Assembly (NCBI GenBank): GCA_017654855.1
Contig: CM030333.1
Span: forward strand, 558,001-622,000
Length of the DNA stretch: 64,000 nt
Reading direction: 5' to 3'
From: Podospora anserina
Lineage: Eukaryota
The position numbers and the translations under genes are program-made. The notes under the pieces are model-generated. The model saw only the letters and a program-made list of their open reading frames with translations. It searched no databases and was not told where the DNA came from. This document shows, piece by piece, positions 26,747 through 39,488 of the stretch; the first letter of the stretch is position 1; each line of letters starts with the position of its first letter.

Positions 26747-28971
26747 GTAGGCCCTTTACACTAGCTTCCATCCGGACTGGCACATGAAGTTTCAGTCCCG
26801 TGCCTCCTCCAAATCCCACCTCTCTCCCCCTCTCAGGATGTCAATACCCATATGATATTTCATTTCAGGGTGATATTAGACCCTGTCACTGAGACTATCA
26901 GCGCCTCTTTACATACCTCTAAAATATGCATAGGTATCTCAGGAGGCCCTCGCGGCAAGGTGTGCCAGGCTACAATCAAGCCGCCACAAGCAAGCTGAAG
27001 ATCAAAGATCGTAAGGAATTCAACATGTCTTTGCGGCATTCCACAGTTCTAACTTGTCAAGTGTGACAATCTCAACAATTTTCTTATTGACAGCCTTGCC
27101 GCCGCCACACCAGCGCTATACCGTGAACACCATTCAGCGCCGACATGATATCGTGCGACAATACGCTCTGCTATCACCCTGTTGGCTCCGGGTAGCGGCG
27201 AACCTAAAAACACAGAACTTTGGCTCCGCTCCGATGGCACTACGGTCCGGTTTCCTCGGCAAGAGCCTCAGTCCACGGTACATCCTGAGGGACATGCATT
27301 CTTTACCAGACTTGGAATCTCGGCGAGCAGTCTTATCTTGTTTGAGCCTCCGTACATGCGACTTGGGAATAGGGAATTCGGAGTCTGAGAGAGCAGACGA
27401 CCGAAATCAGCACATTGTCGTGTGACCCTTCCCGTCGACCGGACGTGCGATCCCGTTTGAGCATGCGGTCAGGCAAATACCTGCCTGTTTGAAGAAGGAG
27501 AGAGTTCAAACTCCGTGGGAACACGAGAATCCGGATGCCGAGGTATCGAAAAGCTCGCGATTACGTCAAGGAGAACATTGCCGGACCAAGGATGGAAAAG
27601 GACAGTTTGGCTACTTCCGTTTCTGTCACCGGGCTAGGTCAAATTACAGAACGTGGGCGAGACTTCAATGGGTGTGTCATTGATCGATGCCGTCAAGGGC
27701 TACCCACGTTCGCGTATCAACGCCACATCTCCTCAAGTATGGGATGGAATTATGCCGCATCTTTGCATCGATGGCTGCAAGGACGTGGTTTGATCATCTC
27801 GGGAGGATGTCCTGTTACGCGTGCAAAGTTTGTCAGGTGACGATTGAAGGGGGCTGTGTAGGTATGTCAGATTCTATGTGCCTGGGGCTGGACGTGAGGG
27901 GTGCTTGGGACTGGCACTTGAACAAACCGCAGCTCGAAGACATCATGATCAAACTCTCCAAAATTTTCACATCGAAACTTGCGCCTTTACTAAACTTGGT
28001 GTTTGCCCAACAAACTACAGCGAAGACACCATCTCTGTTGCTCCTTGCCCTTGGCCCGGCAAAGCAGATGGCCTGGCACCAATCATGGGTGGTGCGGGAA
28101 AATCTAATGAGTTTTCCTCCCTCTTGATCTGCCGTTTCATCCGTCTTCTCTCAATAAGGTAGGCCCGGCTATCTGCGGTACCTTATATTTGATAAATTCG
28201 TGACACTGTCACGTCGCACAAAGAGGCCCTGCAGCCTTGGCCTGGCCATTATTGAGCCTCAGGGTTGACTGATAGCCACATTCTAACAATCGAGGGTTAA
28301 CAATGAGATACTGTATTTCATAGCGGTTTGGCGCGGGTTAATCACCAAGACGCACGCTGCACCGATTCTCGAACCTGTGCAAGCTGCCCTCTTTGCCGCG
28401 AGTTCTGCATCGTTTGCGAAGAACTCTAGACATCCATGAAGCTGCGTTGCTATGCAGTATACCACCAACCACACCCTCAGCCTTCTGTGTGCGGGGCCAG
28501 CATTTGCCCCTTTTTTTACCCCTTTTTCTATCCAATGCTACACGTCCATCTCTGCAGCAACAAAACTGTGGAGATCACCCAAAGGTCTGATTAAGCAGCC
28601 GCTCACAACCATCACCTGAGGTAGGGCAAAAAAAATTAATAGCGGATAAGTCATGTACATGAGATGAGGAATATGGATTAGTAACAAAGTAGCAACGAAC
28701 CGCATTGTCGCTGTTGTTCTTTTTTTTTTTTTCGGTCGTCAAGTCCGGGAATATGACTTGCTCGATATCAATGAAGAGGGGGGATGTGGGGTCGGGAAGC
28801 TATGACAGCATCAGCTTGGATGATAGCTCACTTATCAACGTTTCACTTACATACATCAAACGTGCTGGAAAGACACCGAGGCTGCCTCATCACTTTTATT
28901 CAAGCTGCGCTGCTTGCTTGTAGCGTTGCGACATTCTTTTACAGTCAACAAACAACATCAACGCCATCAAA

Positions 28972-30862
28972 ATGGTTCACCAACCACCCCCTCTTCCACT
29001 AGGTTCAGACGGCGAGGTCGACCTCCGCGCCCCCCTGACATCAGATACCATCCTCCAAGTCCGCACCGGCCGAATGGCTCCTCTCGCTCCCTTGAGCATA
29101 AAATCCGGCATCAACAAAACTTTGAGGTCTGGACCTGTTCAAATCACAAAGTTGGGGTTGGAAGGTGACGAGCAAGATCCTACGTTTCATGGGGGTGTTG
29201 ATAAGGCTGTTCACGGGTGTATGTCCCCTTTTTATTTCTCGACAAAAATGTACCTAAACAGTGGCTGATAAGACGAACTACAGACTGCGCAGACCACTAC
29301 AAGTCCTGGCAAAAGGAATTCCCCCAAGCCGCCGAGAGGTTCGTCCCCGGGGGGTTCGGGGAGAATCTTGTTCTTGGCTTCATGAACGAGAGGAATGTTT
29401 GCATAGGCGACATCTTTGAGATATCAGACTCAAATGCCGTGTTGCAGATTTCACTTCCAAGACAGCCTTGGTAGGTACCATTTACCCCTTAATCCACCAA
29501 CCACACAAAACCCCTTCTTGCTTTTTAACAGTAGTGTTATATATATAAAGCTTCAAACTCAACCACCGCTTCCACCTCCCCAACTTCGCACCCAACACCT
29601 ACCGCCTCTCCCGGACGGGGTACTACTTCCGCGTTCTCACTCCCGGGCTCGTCGAAGCAGGGAATAAACTGACTTTGGTCTCCCGCCCCCACCCCGACTG
29701 GACTATTGAGCGCATCCAGCGGTACCTCCATAAGGAAACAGACAACTATGACATGAACCTCGAGCTTTCTCAAATAGAAGAGTTTGGGGCCGAGTGCAAA
29801 GACAACTTCACCCGGCGAGTCCTACGAGCGAGGGCAAAAGCCAATAAAAAACCAAAGGAGAAGTGGGTGCCCTACCAGGTGGTAGAAAGAAAGGAGCAAA
29901 CGAAGAGGATAACTTCCTTTGTCCTCGAAGCGGTTGACAAATTTGCGGAAGGGGAAGAGAAGGAGCTCAGCCCAGGTGCTCACGCAAAGATCAAACTGGG
30001 AAAGGGCCTCGTCAGGGCGTATTCCATCGTCGACGGTGACAAAGAGCGGTTCCAGTTGGCTGTTGCCCTTGAGGAAAAGAGCCGCGGTGGGAGCAAGTAC
30101 CTCCATCACGAGGTCAAAGTAGGGGATGTGCTACAAGTGGGGGCTATCACGGCTGCGGTGCCGACTGTTTCGGCGGCTAGTCACCATGTTTTTGTCGCGG
30201 GTGGCGTGGGTGTTACGGCGTTTTTGGCAATGGTATGTATGTCTTGGAAATGCAGCTTTAGGTCCCAACCAACCAGGCTGACAAAGATTTTCTACAAGGT
30301 CGAGTTCTACAAGAGTATACACTACAGCGTTGTCCTGCATTACGCCGTCCGATCTGCAGATGATGTGCCGTTTCGAGACCGGATCGAGGAGCTGAAGAAG
30401 GAAGGACAGCTGGTGCTCTACGACAAGGCTGCCGGGCAGAGGATGGATATACGGCAGATCATCCAGAGTAGGGGTTGGAACTCGCAGCTGTATTTCTGCG
30501 GGCCAAAGAGATTGATGGATCAGGCCGAGAGGGAGGTCAAAGAACTTGGTGTTTATCAAAAGGAGGTGCACTACGAAGCCTTCGAGGCAGACCTGAGCGG
30601 GGATCCCTTTGAGGCTGTCGTGGCGAACAAGGGCGGGGTGGTTGTCAAGGTCGGGGAAGACGAAACCCTGCTCGAGGTCCTGCAGAAGCAGTTTGACCAG
30701 CCCGACTCGAGCTGCTGTGTGGGGAACTGCAAGACTTGTCTGGTTGAGCTCAAGGCTGGCCGGGTTGATCACCGCGGGACGGCTCTGACGGATGACGAGA
30801 AGGTCACATCAATGTTGTCGTGCGTCAGCCGTGGGGTTGGGCGTATTACCATTGAGATCTGA
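28972..30862 (+). CDS. MOSC-domain / FAD-NAD-binding / 2Fe-2S ferredoxin oxidoreductase (YiiM-like plus PDR/VanB-like), ~559 aa
   Basis: HGGVDKAVHGY, GFGENL and LPRQPCFKLNHRF (MOSC); RAYSI, SRGGS and AGGVGVTAF (reductase); SCCVGNCKTC...LSCVSR (2Fe-2S). Introns 29219-29283, 29471-29550, 30233-30298. Confidence 0.9.
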
Positions 30863-31042
30863 TGGATCGGCCGGGTGGCTTCGTCAGGATAGCCGGCTGC
30901 ATGTTCCGGTCTGCGTCAGCTGATGCTGTGTTGAGCATGCGACGGCCGTTCAAAGGTGGGTAAAGATATCACCCATTGCACGCTAGAAATGTTGAAGAAC
31001 TGCACTTGTGATCACTCATCCCGTACTTCTCCCCGAGTCCTG

Positions 31043-32721
31043 CTACATAACCCCGCTTGTTGATGCCGGTAGTTCTTCATCATCGGGTCTTTGTCTTTTG
31101 GGCGCCTCATCAGGCCTCGCCCCAAGCCAAAAAGAGACAACCGCTCCTGCCGCAGCCCACACACCACAATACCATGTGGTGGTTCCCCAACCTGATCCTG
31201 CTTGGATGTACCCAGCTGTGATGCTGCCAATCGTCCCACCGAGAGCGTATGCAGTGGTGAACAGACCATAGGCGATACCATAGACCCCCTTTTCACCCCA
31301 CACTCCCGGCTGTTGAGCCTCACGCTCATCGATAGCGTAGGTTATTTCTGCCATGAGGGGTGTGTTGGCCAAGGTAACAAGTGTAACGCCCAACAACGTC
31401 AAAAGTGCACAAAGCAAGACCTTGTGCTCTATCGTGTTACGCGTCACAAATCGAAGGCAGACCAACGGCGGGATAGAGAGGGCAAACCCGGCGACTGAAA
31501 ACCACTTGGCGCCATGCTTGTCGGCGAGCTTACCAACAATCGGAGATACAAAACCGGGGACCATGACACAGATGAAGATCAGGCCGGCTGCCGTCGAGTT
31601 CCATTCGAATGTTTGTTTAACGTAGAGCGGAATCACAGTATCAAACGCGAACCTGTCAGAGAAATCAGCACTCGCAAGGCTATTGGCAAATGACCGGCCT
31701 ATCGGACCCGATCCGGAGCAAAAAGGACAAGTTCTCACACGATACACGCTTCAATCGCTATACCAACCAAGGCAGCTAACATGCGACGATTCTTGATTAG
31801 CTCCCAATGGGGGTGTTTTGCAGGATTCAGGACCGGCGTCGACAATGCTGCAATCGGGTCACCGGAACTGGTTCCGGCTCGGGTCGGTGAGGGTGGCAAG
31901 GCTGGGTCGGCTCCTGCATGGCTTGTTGCTTGGACCTGCTTTTCCACATCTTCCCTGTTATTGGTAATTGTAGTTGCACTTTCAGCTTCCGAAGACTCAG
32001 GTCCTACGACCCATTGTTGAGCAACTCTCTTCTCGACCAACACCAGGCGGAGAGCGATATCGCAGGCTACAACTGCAAAGGCGATATAGAACACAGCATA
32101 GTAGCCAGCTGCTTCGTATACCGCCCCACCAATAACCGGTGAGATCAGCAAGCCTACCGACATGGCAATCGTGACATATCCCATGGCATAACCGATGTCT
32201 CTCCCGACCGTGTCGACCAACAATGCCAGCCCAACCGACCAAACGATGGCGGCACTCAGTCCTTGGAGCAGCCTCCCCACCACAAGCAGGGCAATCGTCT
32301 TGCTCAGACACAACAATAGGGTAGACCCGCAGAGCGCCACCAGCCCAAGAAGCAGCGGCCATCTACGCGATGAGGAATGGTCGGCGTAAAACCCGACAAT
32401 CGGGGCACCCAGGAAAAGAGTGACGTTGTAACAGGCGAGCAGGATGGCGGTCCATTCTTGCACTTTGTTTTCTGCCAACCCGATCTGTTCCAAGAGGCTG
32501 AATGGGAAAACGGGCACGATTAGGCCGTAGAACAGAATGTCGGTGAAAATAGCCAAACAGACGGTGAGGAGGATAAAGAAGGTGGAGGAACGGAACTCGA
32601 GGAAAGGCGGTGGTGGTTGTTCAACATTTTTGCGGCGGGTGCCGGGGAAGTTGATAAATGATAGTAGACGTGACCGCTTGGGTGTGGTAGCACCAGCTGA
32701 GACACTATCCAAGCCAGTCAT
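31043..32721 (-). CDS. MFS transporter (vesicular amine transporter-like), ~530 aa
   Basis: Multiple hydrophobic segments; FTDILFYGLIVPVFP, GRLLQGLSAAIVWSVGLALLVD, GKLADKHG. Intron 31653-31738. Start codon uncertain (32721, 32751 or 32820). Confidence 0.88.
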
Positions 32722-33199
32722 TCTCCTGTGACGGTAACTCTTAGTAAATCTCATCAACTCGGCGTACGTTAATTGGAACTTAAGGTCAAGGTATATATGT
32801 AACCACTCATGAAAAATCAACGAAGCATCCTGGGAGCTGAACGCCGCTTCTCAAAAAACAAGCAGATTTATAGTCAAAAAGTCATTGACGAAAATGGCGG
32901 AAAGCGGCATTGTAGAGCTGGTCATGATGTGACCGAATCGCCAGCAGCAAAAGACCAATCATTCATACAAATCGGAAACATGAGCTCAAAGCACTTGCCC
33001 CAATTCATCGTCACTACCGCCGCTCCGATAAGCTCAGCTCTTATCGCCTATCGCAGGCCAACCAATAGACTAACATGGATAACGCCGCAAATGCCAAAGT
33101 GGGTCACAAAAGTTTCTCGACCTTCAATCAACCACTCAACCCATCGCGACCATCTCCCACACGCGTTCACCAGCCAAATTCATCCCTACATCCCACAAA

Positions 33200-34171
33200 A
33201 TGCCTTCAACGCCCCCCACATTAGGGGAATTCACCGTCCTCCCCATCTCCATCCCACCATTACCCTCCTTCCCCAAACCAACAACCCACTACCTCTACCT
33301 CCGCCGCAACACCCCCAAGATTCCCACCCCAACCGACTCCCGCTCCCTCTTCCTCACCAACTGCCCAGTCGACAGCACCGACATCCACCTCCGCTCCCTC
33401 TTTGCATCACTAGTGGGACCCGGCCGCTTCGAATCCGCCACCTTTGAAGACGAGCGCAAAGACACCGCCCACAAGCTCTCCCCACTGGACGCCGCCGTCC
33501 CAGTCAACGCCGTCCACCTCCTCCGAGCGCACGGTAGCACCAAGAAGCGAAAACGCGAGGAAGAAGAGGACGCGGAAAGAAGCAAGGAAGACGAGGCCGC
33601 CAGGCTCCCCTCGACGTGGACCCGCCCGCTACGAAGGTCAGGCAGCACAGCGGTGGTATTACTAGCAGACGAGAAATCCGTCGAGCAAGTCCTCAAAGCA
33701 TGTGCCAAGGCTTCCAAGACGAAGAAGTACCCCGAATGGGGCGCTGGTGTCGCTGATAAAGTCCCTGCGTTGGGATCAGTCTGGGTCAAGCAACATAACC
33801 GGCTCTGCTACCCCGACCCTGCCACCCTTCAACAAGCGGTCGACGCTTTCTCTGCTGTTTTTGCCAGAAGGGAGAAGGAAGCCGCCGAGATTTCCAAGAG
33901 ATTGCGCAACGAGCCGGATGAGGATGGTTTCGTTACTGTAACGAGAGGGGGCAGGAACGCACCGGCGAGCAGGTCCGAGGCGGAGGAGGCAAGGAAGAAG
34001 ATGATTGAGCGGGCGGAGAAGAAGAGGCAGGAGATGGAGGGATTGTACAGATTCCAGCTGAGGGAGAAGCAAAAGGAGGAGCAGGAGGAGTTGCTGATGA
34101 GGTTTGAGGATGACAGGAAGAAGCTGGAGGCGATGAGGATGAAGAGGGGCAAGTTTGTGCCTGAGGCGTGA
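33200..34171 (+). CDS. RRP7: Ribosomal RNA-processing protein 7 (SSU processome), 323 aa
   Basis: N-terminal RRM-like region (HYLYLRRN, RSLFLTNCPVD) and Rrp7 C-terminal motif PDEDGFVTVTRGGR...YRFQLRE...RFEDDRKKL...KFVP. Confidence 0.88.
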   Translation: MPSTPPTLGEFTVLPISIPPLPSFPKPTTHYLYLRRNTPKIPTPTDSRSLFLTNCPVDSTDIHLRSLFASLVGPGRFESATFEDERKDTAHKLSPLDAAVPVNAVHLLRAHGSTKKRKREEEEDAERSKEDEAARLPSTWTRPLRRSGSTAVVLLADEKSVEQVLKACAKASKTKKYPEWGAGVADKVPALGSVWVKQHNRLCYPDPATLQQAVDAFSAVFARREKEAAEISKRLRNEPDEDGFVTVTRGGRNAPASRSEAEEARKKMIERAEKKRQEMEGLYRFQLREKQKEEQEELLMRFEDDRKKLEAMRMKRGKFVPEA

Positions 34172-35418
34172 GGAAGGGTTGGAAGCACTGGAAGACAAAA
34201 ATGAGATACCCCAATGGAAAGCGTCAAGGAAGTTCGAAATGAGAAGTGATATTGCGAATGGTGAGTTCATTTTCTCTGCCTCTTTTCTTCTTATCACGCC
34301 ACAAGACTATGATGACGCACGCGGGGCCATCAGATTATCCATTGTCCTTTGGCGTTTTCACACCCATCGAGGCGAAGGATGTATGCTGTACAAAAACCGC
34401 GTTACAATAATCTTCTCAAACATTCTGAAGTCTTTACCTACTACTCTCTTACCTCGTTGAGCGCAAAATCTGGAAGGGGTTGCAGTTTCGACTAACATTG
34501 TCAATTTTACTAGAGACCTAATCAAGTCAGGACGGAGAGTGACCATCACAACTAGATATCGATGTTCAAGGACTAGAGAAGGTTAGGTCATCTTGACATA
34601 GCCTTAGTTTGCTGGGCTGCCCTTCTACAATGTAGCAGCTGCAAAGGTGCAATGCCAACAGTATTGTCGTATGAGAACGAGAGTTTGAGGAAGTTTAAAG
34701 ATTATCCATCCTTGGACTCGTGATGATTATGAGTGATGTGGGATTAGCACTATTGAAAGCTAGTGCCTTGTGGCTACATGAAGTTCGGCAGTTATCCTAC
34801 CAGCGGGCTCTTGATGTTTGATATTCCTAGAATGCCAGAAGACCATCGGCGATATCCGCCAGGATCAACAGTTAGCGGCTCCATATTTTGGATTCTTGGA
34901 CCTGCGTCATAGGAATACACATTGTTGATTTGACGTCACAAGGTAACTTCAACTTCGTGATGGATACTCATTAAACATACGAAGACAAAAAGGGTTCTAT
35001 TTTGCCCTTTGTAAAGGCATCTGTCTGTCTATTCATCGCAGAACCATTCTTTACAATACACGAAAAGATTTCGCCTTCTCGACTTGCAAACGCCGCCATT
35101 TTCCCCCTCTTTAGAAGAGAAACACACAGAATGCAACCCCGCCCAGTGTCCTCGCTGATAAACAGCCCGTATGAAAAACCCAAAACGCTAAAAAGGAATC
35201 TCATGAAGCTCATCTATCGCTCTGCAAAACCCCACCCATATGTCTTGAAATCATCATCTCTAGCCCAACCAGCAAGCTAGCCGGTGAAAATGAGGATGGT
35301 TCATTATCCTCCCTTCCATGCCCCATGTTATCCCAGGACTCGGCGTTTATATCCCGCCCAGTCCCGACCCATCGAGGCAGGACCCTCTAGAAGTAAAGTT
35401 ATCCGGACATGAGTCCCT

Positions 35419-35967
35419 TCACTTCTTCTCCTTCTTCTCAAACTTTGGCTTGCCGATATCGCTCCCTCTGAGTTTGACGTTGAGGACGCGCTCCATATTG
35501 GAAAGGACCTTCTGGTCTGGGGTGGCGTCACCGCGCTCGAAGGAGGCGACGATGGTGGGGGTAGTGTTGCACTTGGTGGCGAGATCCTTCTGGGTCATGC
35601 CCTTGGTGCCGTTGGGGTTGGCGAATTCGGAGCGGGCTTTTTGGATAGCCTGGCCGACTTCCTTGCCGACGGTCTTGGGCTTGACGATATCGTCGGCGCG
35701 GTCGACCATGGTGAGGCGCTGGCCTTCTACACCGGGCTTGGAGGCCTGGGGATGGAAATGTTAGTTATTGATGACTACGCGGTTGTTAAAAGACGCAGAA
35801 CATACAGCGTTGCCAGCCCCGAACTTCTTCTCGGTCGCGATGGCGGCACCGCTACGGCGAGCAGCGTTGAGGGCTGATTGACCGCGGACAACAGTCTCAC
35901 GGGGTCCGCCGGCGCCGCTGCGGACATTCTTTCCAATCTTGACTGTATCGGTATCCCAGGCAGACAT
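35419..35967 (-). CDS. MBF1: Multiprotein bridging factor 1, 162 aa
   Basis: [12 protein letters not shown]...TEKKFGAGN and the HTH region [11 protein letters not shown]...[10 protein letters not shown]. Intron 35746-35805. Confidence 0.95.
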
Positions 35968-38024
35968 CTTGACGGTTTGTGTGGGTTGTTTTTGTGGTTG
36001 GGGACGAGAAGATGGATGAGTTGCTGAGAAGGCGAGCTGAGTGTTATCAAGCTGGCGAGATGTTTGTTTGCTGTGGTGGAAGGTGATGTCTGGTGTAAAA
36101 AAAACTTCCAGAAAGAAGTGGATGCAAAGACAAAGGTTGTTGGTTTGTCCCGGATGGTTGCAGCGAGACGGTAAGGCGGGGATTTAAAGAGGTGGCTTCC
36201 TGGTCGGCGCGGAAGGTGATGGGCGGCCGTCGAACCGCAGTGACTCGAGCGGCGAGAGTGGTCCGCACCCAGCAGCCCCGCGCCACAGGGAGGCTGTGGG
36301 CCCGACCAGCCCAGGCACGCAGGGATCCACCGGCCCGACAACTGGTGGAGGGCATGCCCGTTTGGGGATTCTGCAACTTCAACACCACCACTCGGCCGCG
36401 ATATCCATATTGCCTTCCGTCCCTGACATAATTCTTACTTTGGTCTGAATTTGGTCCTTTGATATTCTAGGGGACCTGTGGCGGTTCTAGGTTTCAAGGG
36501 GCACCTACCAAACGACGCTTTGGCCTGCATCCTCCACCAACGCCATGTGGCGGCCAAGGCTGACAAAGCTCCAGGTCTTTTGACCATAGACAGCCCAGAT
36601 GGCAACTGGTGCCGATTTTACTTTAGTCACGGAGATACCCAATGCTTCAGGACCTGCCTTCACTATAACTGTTCCCCCAATTTCCGATAGGTTGGTCTGG
36701 TCTGATTCCAACACTCCGGGATTTGGACAACGCCGATCTTGGCAAACCTGTTCGCATATCTTGCTGATGCAGGCTCCCGAATGGCCAGCTAGGGTCGCCG
36801 GAGTTACTTGAGAACACCTGCGTCCGATATCAGTTGCTTCGCATCCTAAAAAGCAGTACTGGTAGAACAAAACCTGCCGGGTGCCTCGCCGAGCAACACT
36901 CCTGAGGATATGCTCGTTGACTGCGAAGGAGTTGTGCCAAGCAAAACCTCGTTTTTGGTGGTTGAAGCAAACTGGCCGCTCTTCGCGGTCTCCATATCCA
37001 TCCGAGATAATTACCATCATGCAATGAGCACGCTGAGGAGGTACCTGGTGGCACAGACCTCAAGCTTGTTTTCAGGCATGAGTAATGGCCGTCGACTCCA
37101 CGTTTCATGGTCAGATAGGGTTGGATGAACCATGGCAGCTTACTCACAGCACCATACTGACACTAGGGAATGATTCCTCGTCTCGATATTCACCTATGGT
37201 TTGTTGAAAGATGAACAAATTCGGAGTATTGTTATTCAAACGAAACATGTACCGTAAAACAAACTGATGAGGGGGTCTCCGGAGTTCAATCGGGGTTGTC
37301 GGACACCTTTAACCAAACAGACAGTGACACAGATATATGTCTATGTCAATGCTGGAATTCTACTATCTCGGTCCCGCGCTGGCGGATCCGAGTAACAGTA
37401 ACTTAACATCCCAATAAATAGGTCAATTCCAAATACCCCGTTACATAGTTGGTGGGATTGTTGATGACACCTACCTATATATGGAAAGATAAGTTTGTGG
37501 GGTTGCACAATCATGACAAATAATTTATACCCCGCGCCAAAAGCTGCTATTGACAAGACAGGAACCGCAACGTTTTGTCGAATTGGTCTTTGTGAGTCCG
37601 ATCCTCGCGGCAGGTCTACTCGGATGAGAAGCTCTCACAGGAAACAAGGAGTTTTTCCAGTGCTTCCAAATTCCCCATTATTACCCGATCCGGGGGAACC
37701 GAGATGCAGGTATTTGGAAAACAACCCTGTGATAGTACCTTATCTCACTGTTGTCTAGGCCTGCCGATCCGCCAGCGGCGCTTGGGACTGTCTCTTGTGT
37801 CCCGTCAGGAACTTGAACCGGCCCAGGAGCTTATTCACATTGTGCATTCGGGGCGGTGGGTGAGTTGGTGCTCGTTTGAGTATTTAAAGACGTTGATCGT
37901 CCCCTCTTTGTTGAACTTGCTCTCCATCTTTCATCTCACAACCTCCAGTCTCATCAAACTTTGCTTGACTTGTTACCTTATCTTTCACTTGTATATCTTC
38001 ACTTGACCATATACTCAGCTCAAC

Positions 38025-38588
38025 ATGCCTCTCTCCGGACACTGCCTTTGCAAAGCCGTCACCTACAAGGTCGACATTGACGCCCCTCTCCTCACTGGTT
38101 ATGACCACTGTGATGATTGCCAGCGTCAATCGGGCTCTACCTACTGTAAGATTATCCCGTCATTATTCCTACGTCACTGCCCGGACTCGAGGTGCTACCC
38201 CACCACCGTTTCGATCTTATCAGATCGCTAACAAATTCGATGTAACAGCCCTTGTAGTCGTGGTTCCCAAGGACAAGCTTGAAGTCAAGGGACCCGTCAA
38301 GAAGTGGAAGGGCACTGCCGACTCCGGGAATGCCGTCTGGCGTTGGTTCTGCGAGGAATGCGGCTCTCCCATTGCTCACGACCCCGATGCCGCTCCCGAG
38401 ATCATTGCCCTCAAGGGTGGCAGCTTGGATACCGAGCTCAAGAAGGACTTGAAGCCTGTGAGTTATTAGTCAATCTGAGCAAGAACTGGAAGCTAACAGA
38501 AGCATAGGACACCGAGATCTGGACTGCCAGCAAGCTCCCCTTCTGCCAGGAGCACCTGGCGAAGCCTTTCGTGCACATGCCCCAGTAA
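38025..38588 (+). CDS. GFA/Mss4-like (CENP-V) zinc-binding protein, 136 aa
   Basis: GHCLCKAV, DHCDDCQRQSGS, RWFCEECGSP, EIWTASK. Introns 38146-38248 and 38458-38507. Confidence 0.88.
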
Positions 38589-38716
38589 ATACTTACTATC
38601 TTTTCTAGTCATTGATTGATCTGGCATAGCATTCGCATAGCAAACTGGGAGGATAGGGACTAGCATATGAAGGGGCTGAGAAGGCTGATTAAATGAATCG
38701 ACTCAACTTTATATAG

Positions 38717-39041
38717 CGATGGCGAACCAGACGAAAACAAGAAGAAATCCAAAGGCAAGGCCGTGTCCAAGACCCCAGCGAATACGGGAACCAAGACCTC
38801 CAAACCAGTAAAATCGAAGATGCCTACCCCGGCGAAGACAGCTACAAGTAAGAATAAGTCCACGACGCAAGCGTCCACAAGTAAGACCAAGCCCGCGAAT
38901 AAAACCAAGACCACGGCGGCGAGTAAAGTATCCGGCAGTAAGGTAGCCAAGGAGGATGTCACTGGGATAAGACGGAGTCCACGTTTTAGACCCCGTGGCG
39001 GAGATCCATTCCCGAAGAGTCCCATGCCAGAATGGGTTTGA
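38717..39041 (+). other. Lys/Thr/Ser/Pro-rich open frame; orphan or alternative 3' exon
   Basis: DGEPDENKKKSKGKAVSKTPANTGTKTSKP...RRSPRFRPRGG... It is preceded by a plausible 3' splice site (TATAG at 38712-38716) and has no ATG at its start. Confidence 0.35.
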
Positions 39042-39488
39042 GGAGATGGGCCGTTGTTTGGTCCGCCATCAAAACGAAGTCGAGGTAGGTGAATGCTGTA
39101 AAACCACCGCACATATAATCCCTGTTTTACTGCCGAGGAAGTCTCCATCTCCAGGTCCATCTATTGGGGCTACCGACCTGTAGGTTGACTCAACATCGCT
39201 TGAAACTGAACCGTCGCGGACCAAGAACGTCGTGTAACAGTAAAAAAACAGAAGTAGGTATCACCACCGGGCCAGCAAATAGCAAGTCCAAATTTCCGCC
39301 CTCGTACAACTCCGTTCCTAGAGCCAAGCTGACATAGCAGCGGTAGAAAAAGTCATTCAGGAGTTTCAGGAGTCAAGATTCGAAACACTGTATCTACTAT
39401 CAAAACGCCAGCTAGGCGGCAAAAGACAAAAAACACAATCCCATTCAACTACATCCAACATGAGATTATAAATACCCTTTCATGTTAC

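Noticed and set aside
26731-26760. CTGATGAG as a hammerhead ribozyme core
   Set aside because: No GAAA after a stem II and no matching stems I/III.
30233-30298. Odd 22-aa insert in the oxidoreductase ORF
   Set aside because: It is an ordinary 66-nt, stop-free GT-AG intron with a GCTGAC branch site.
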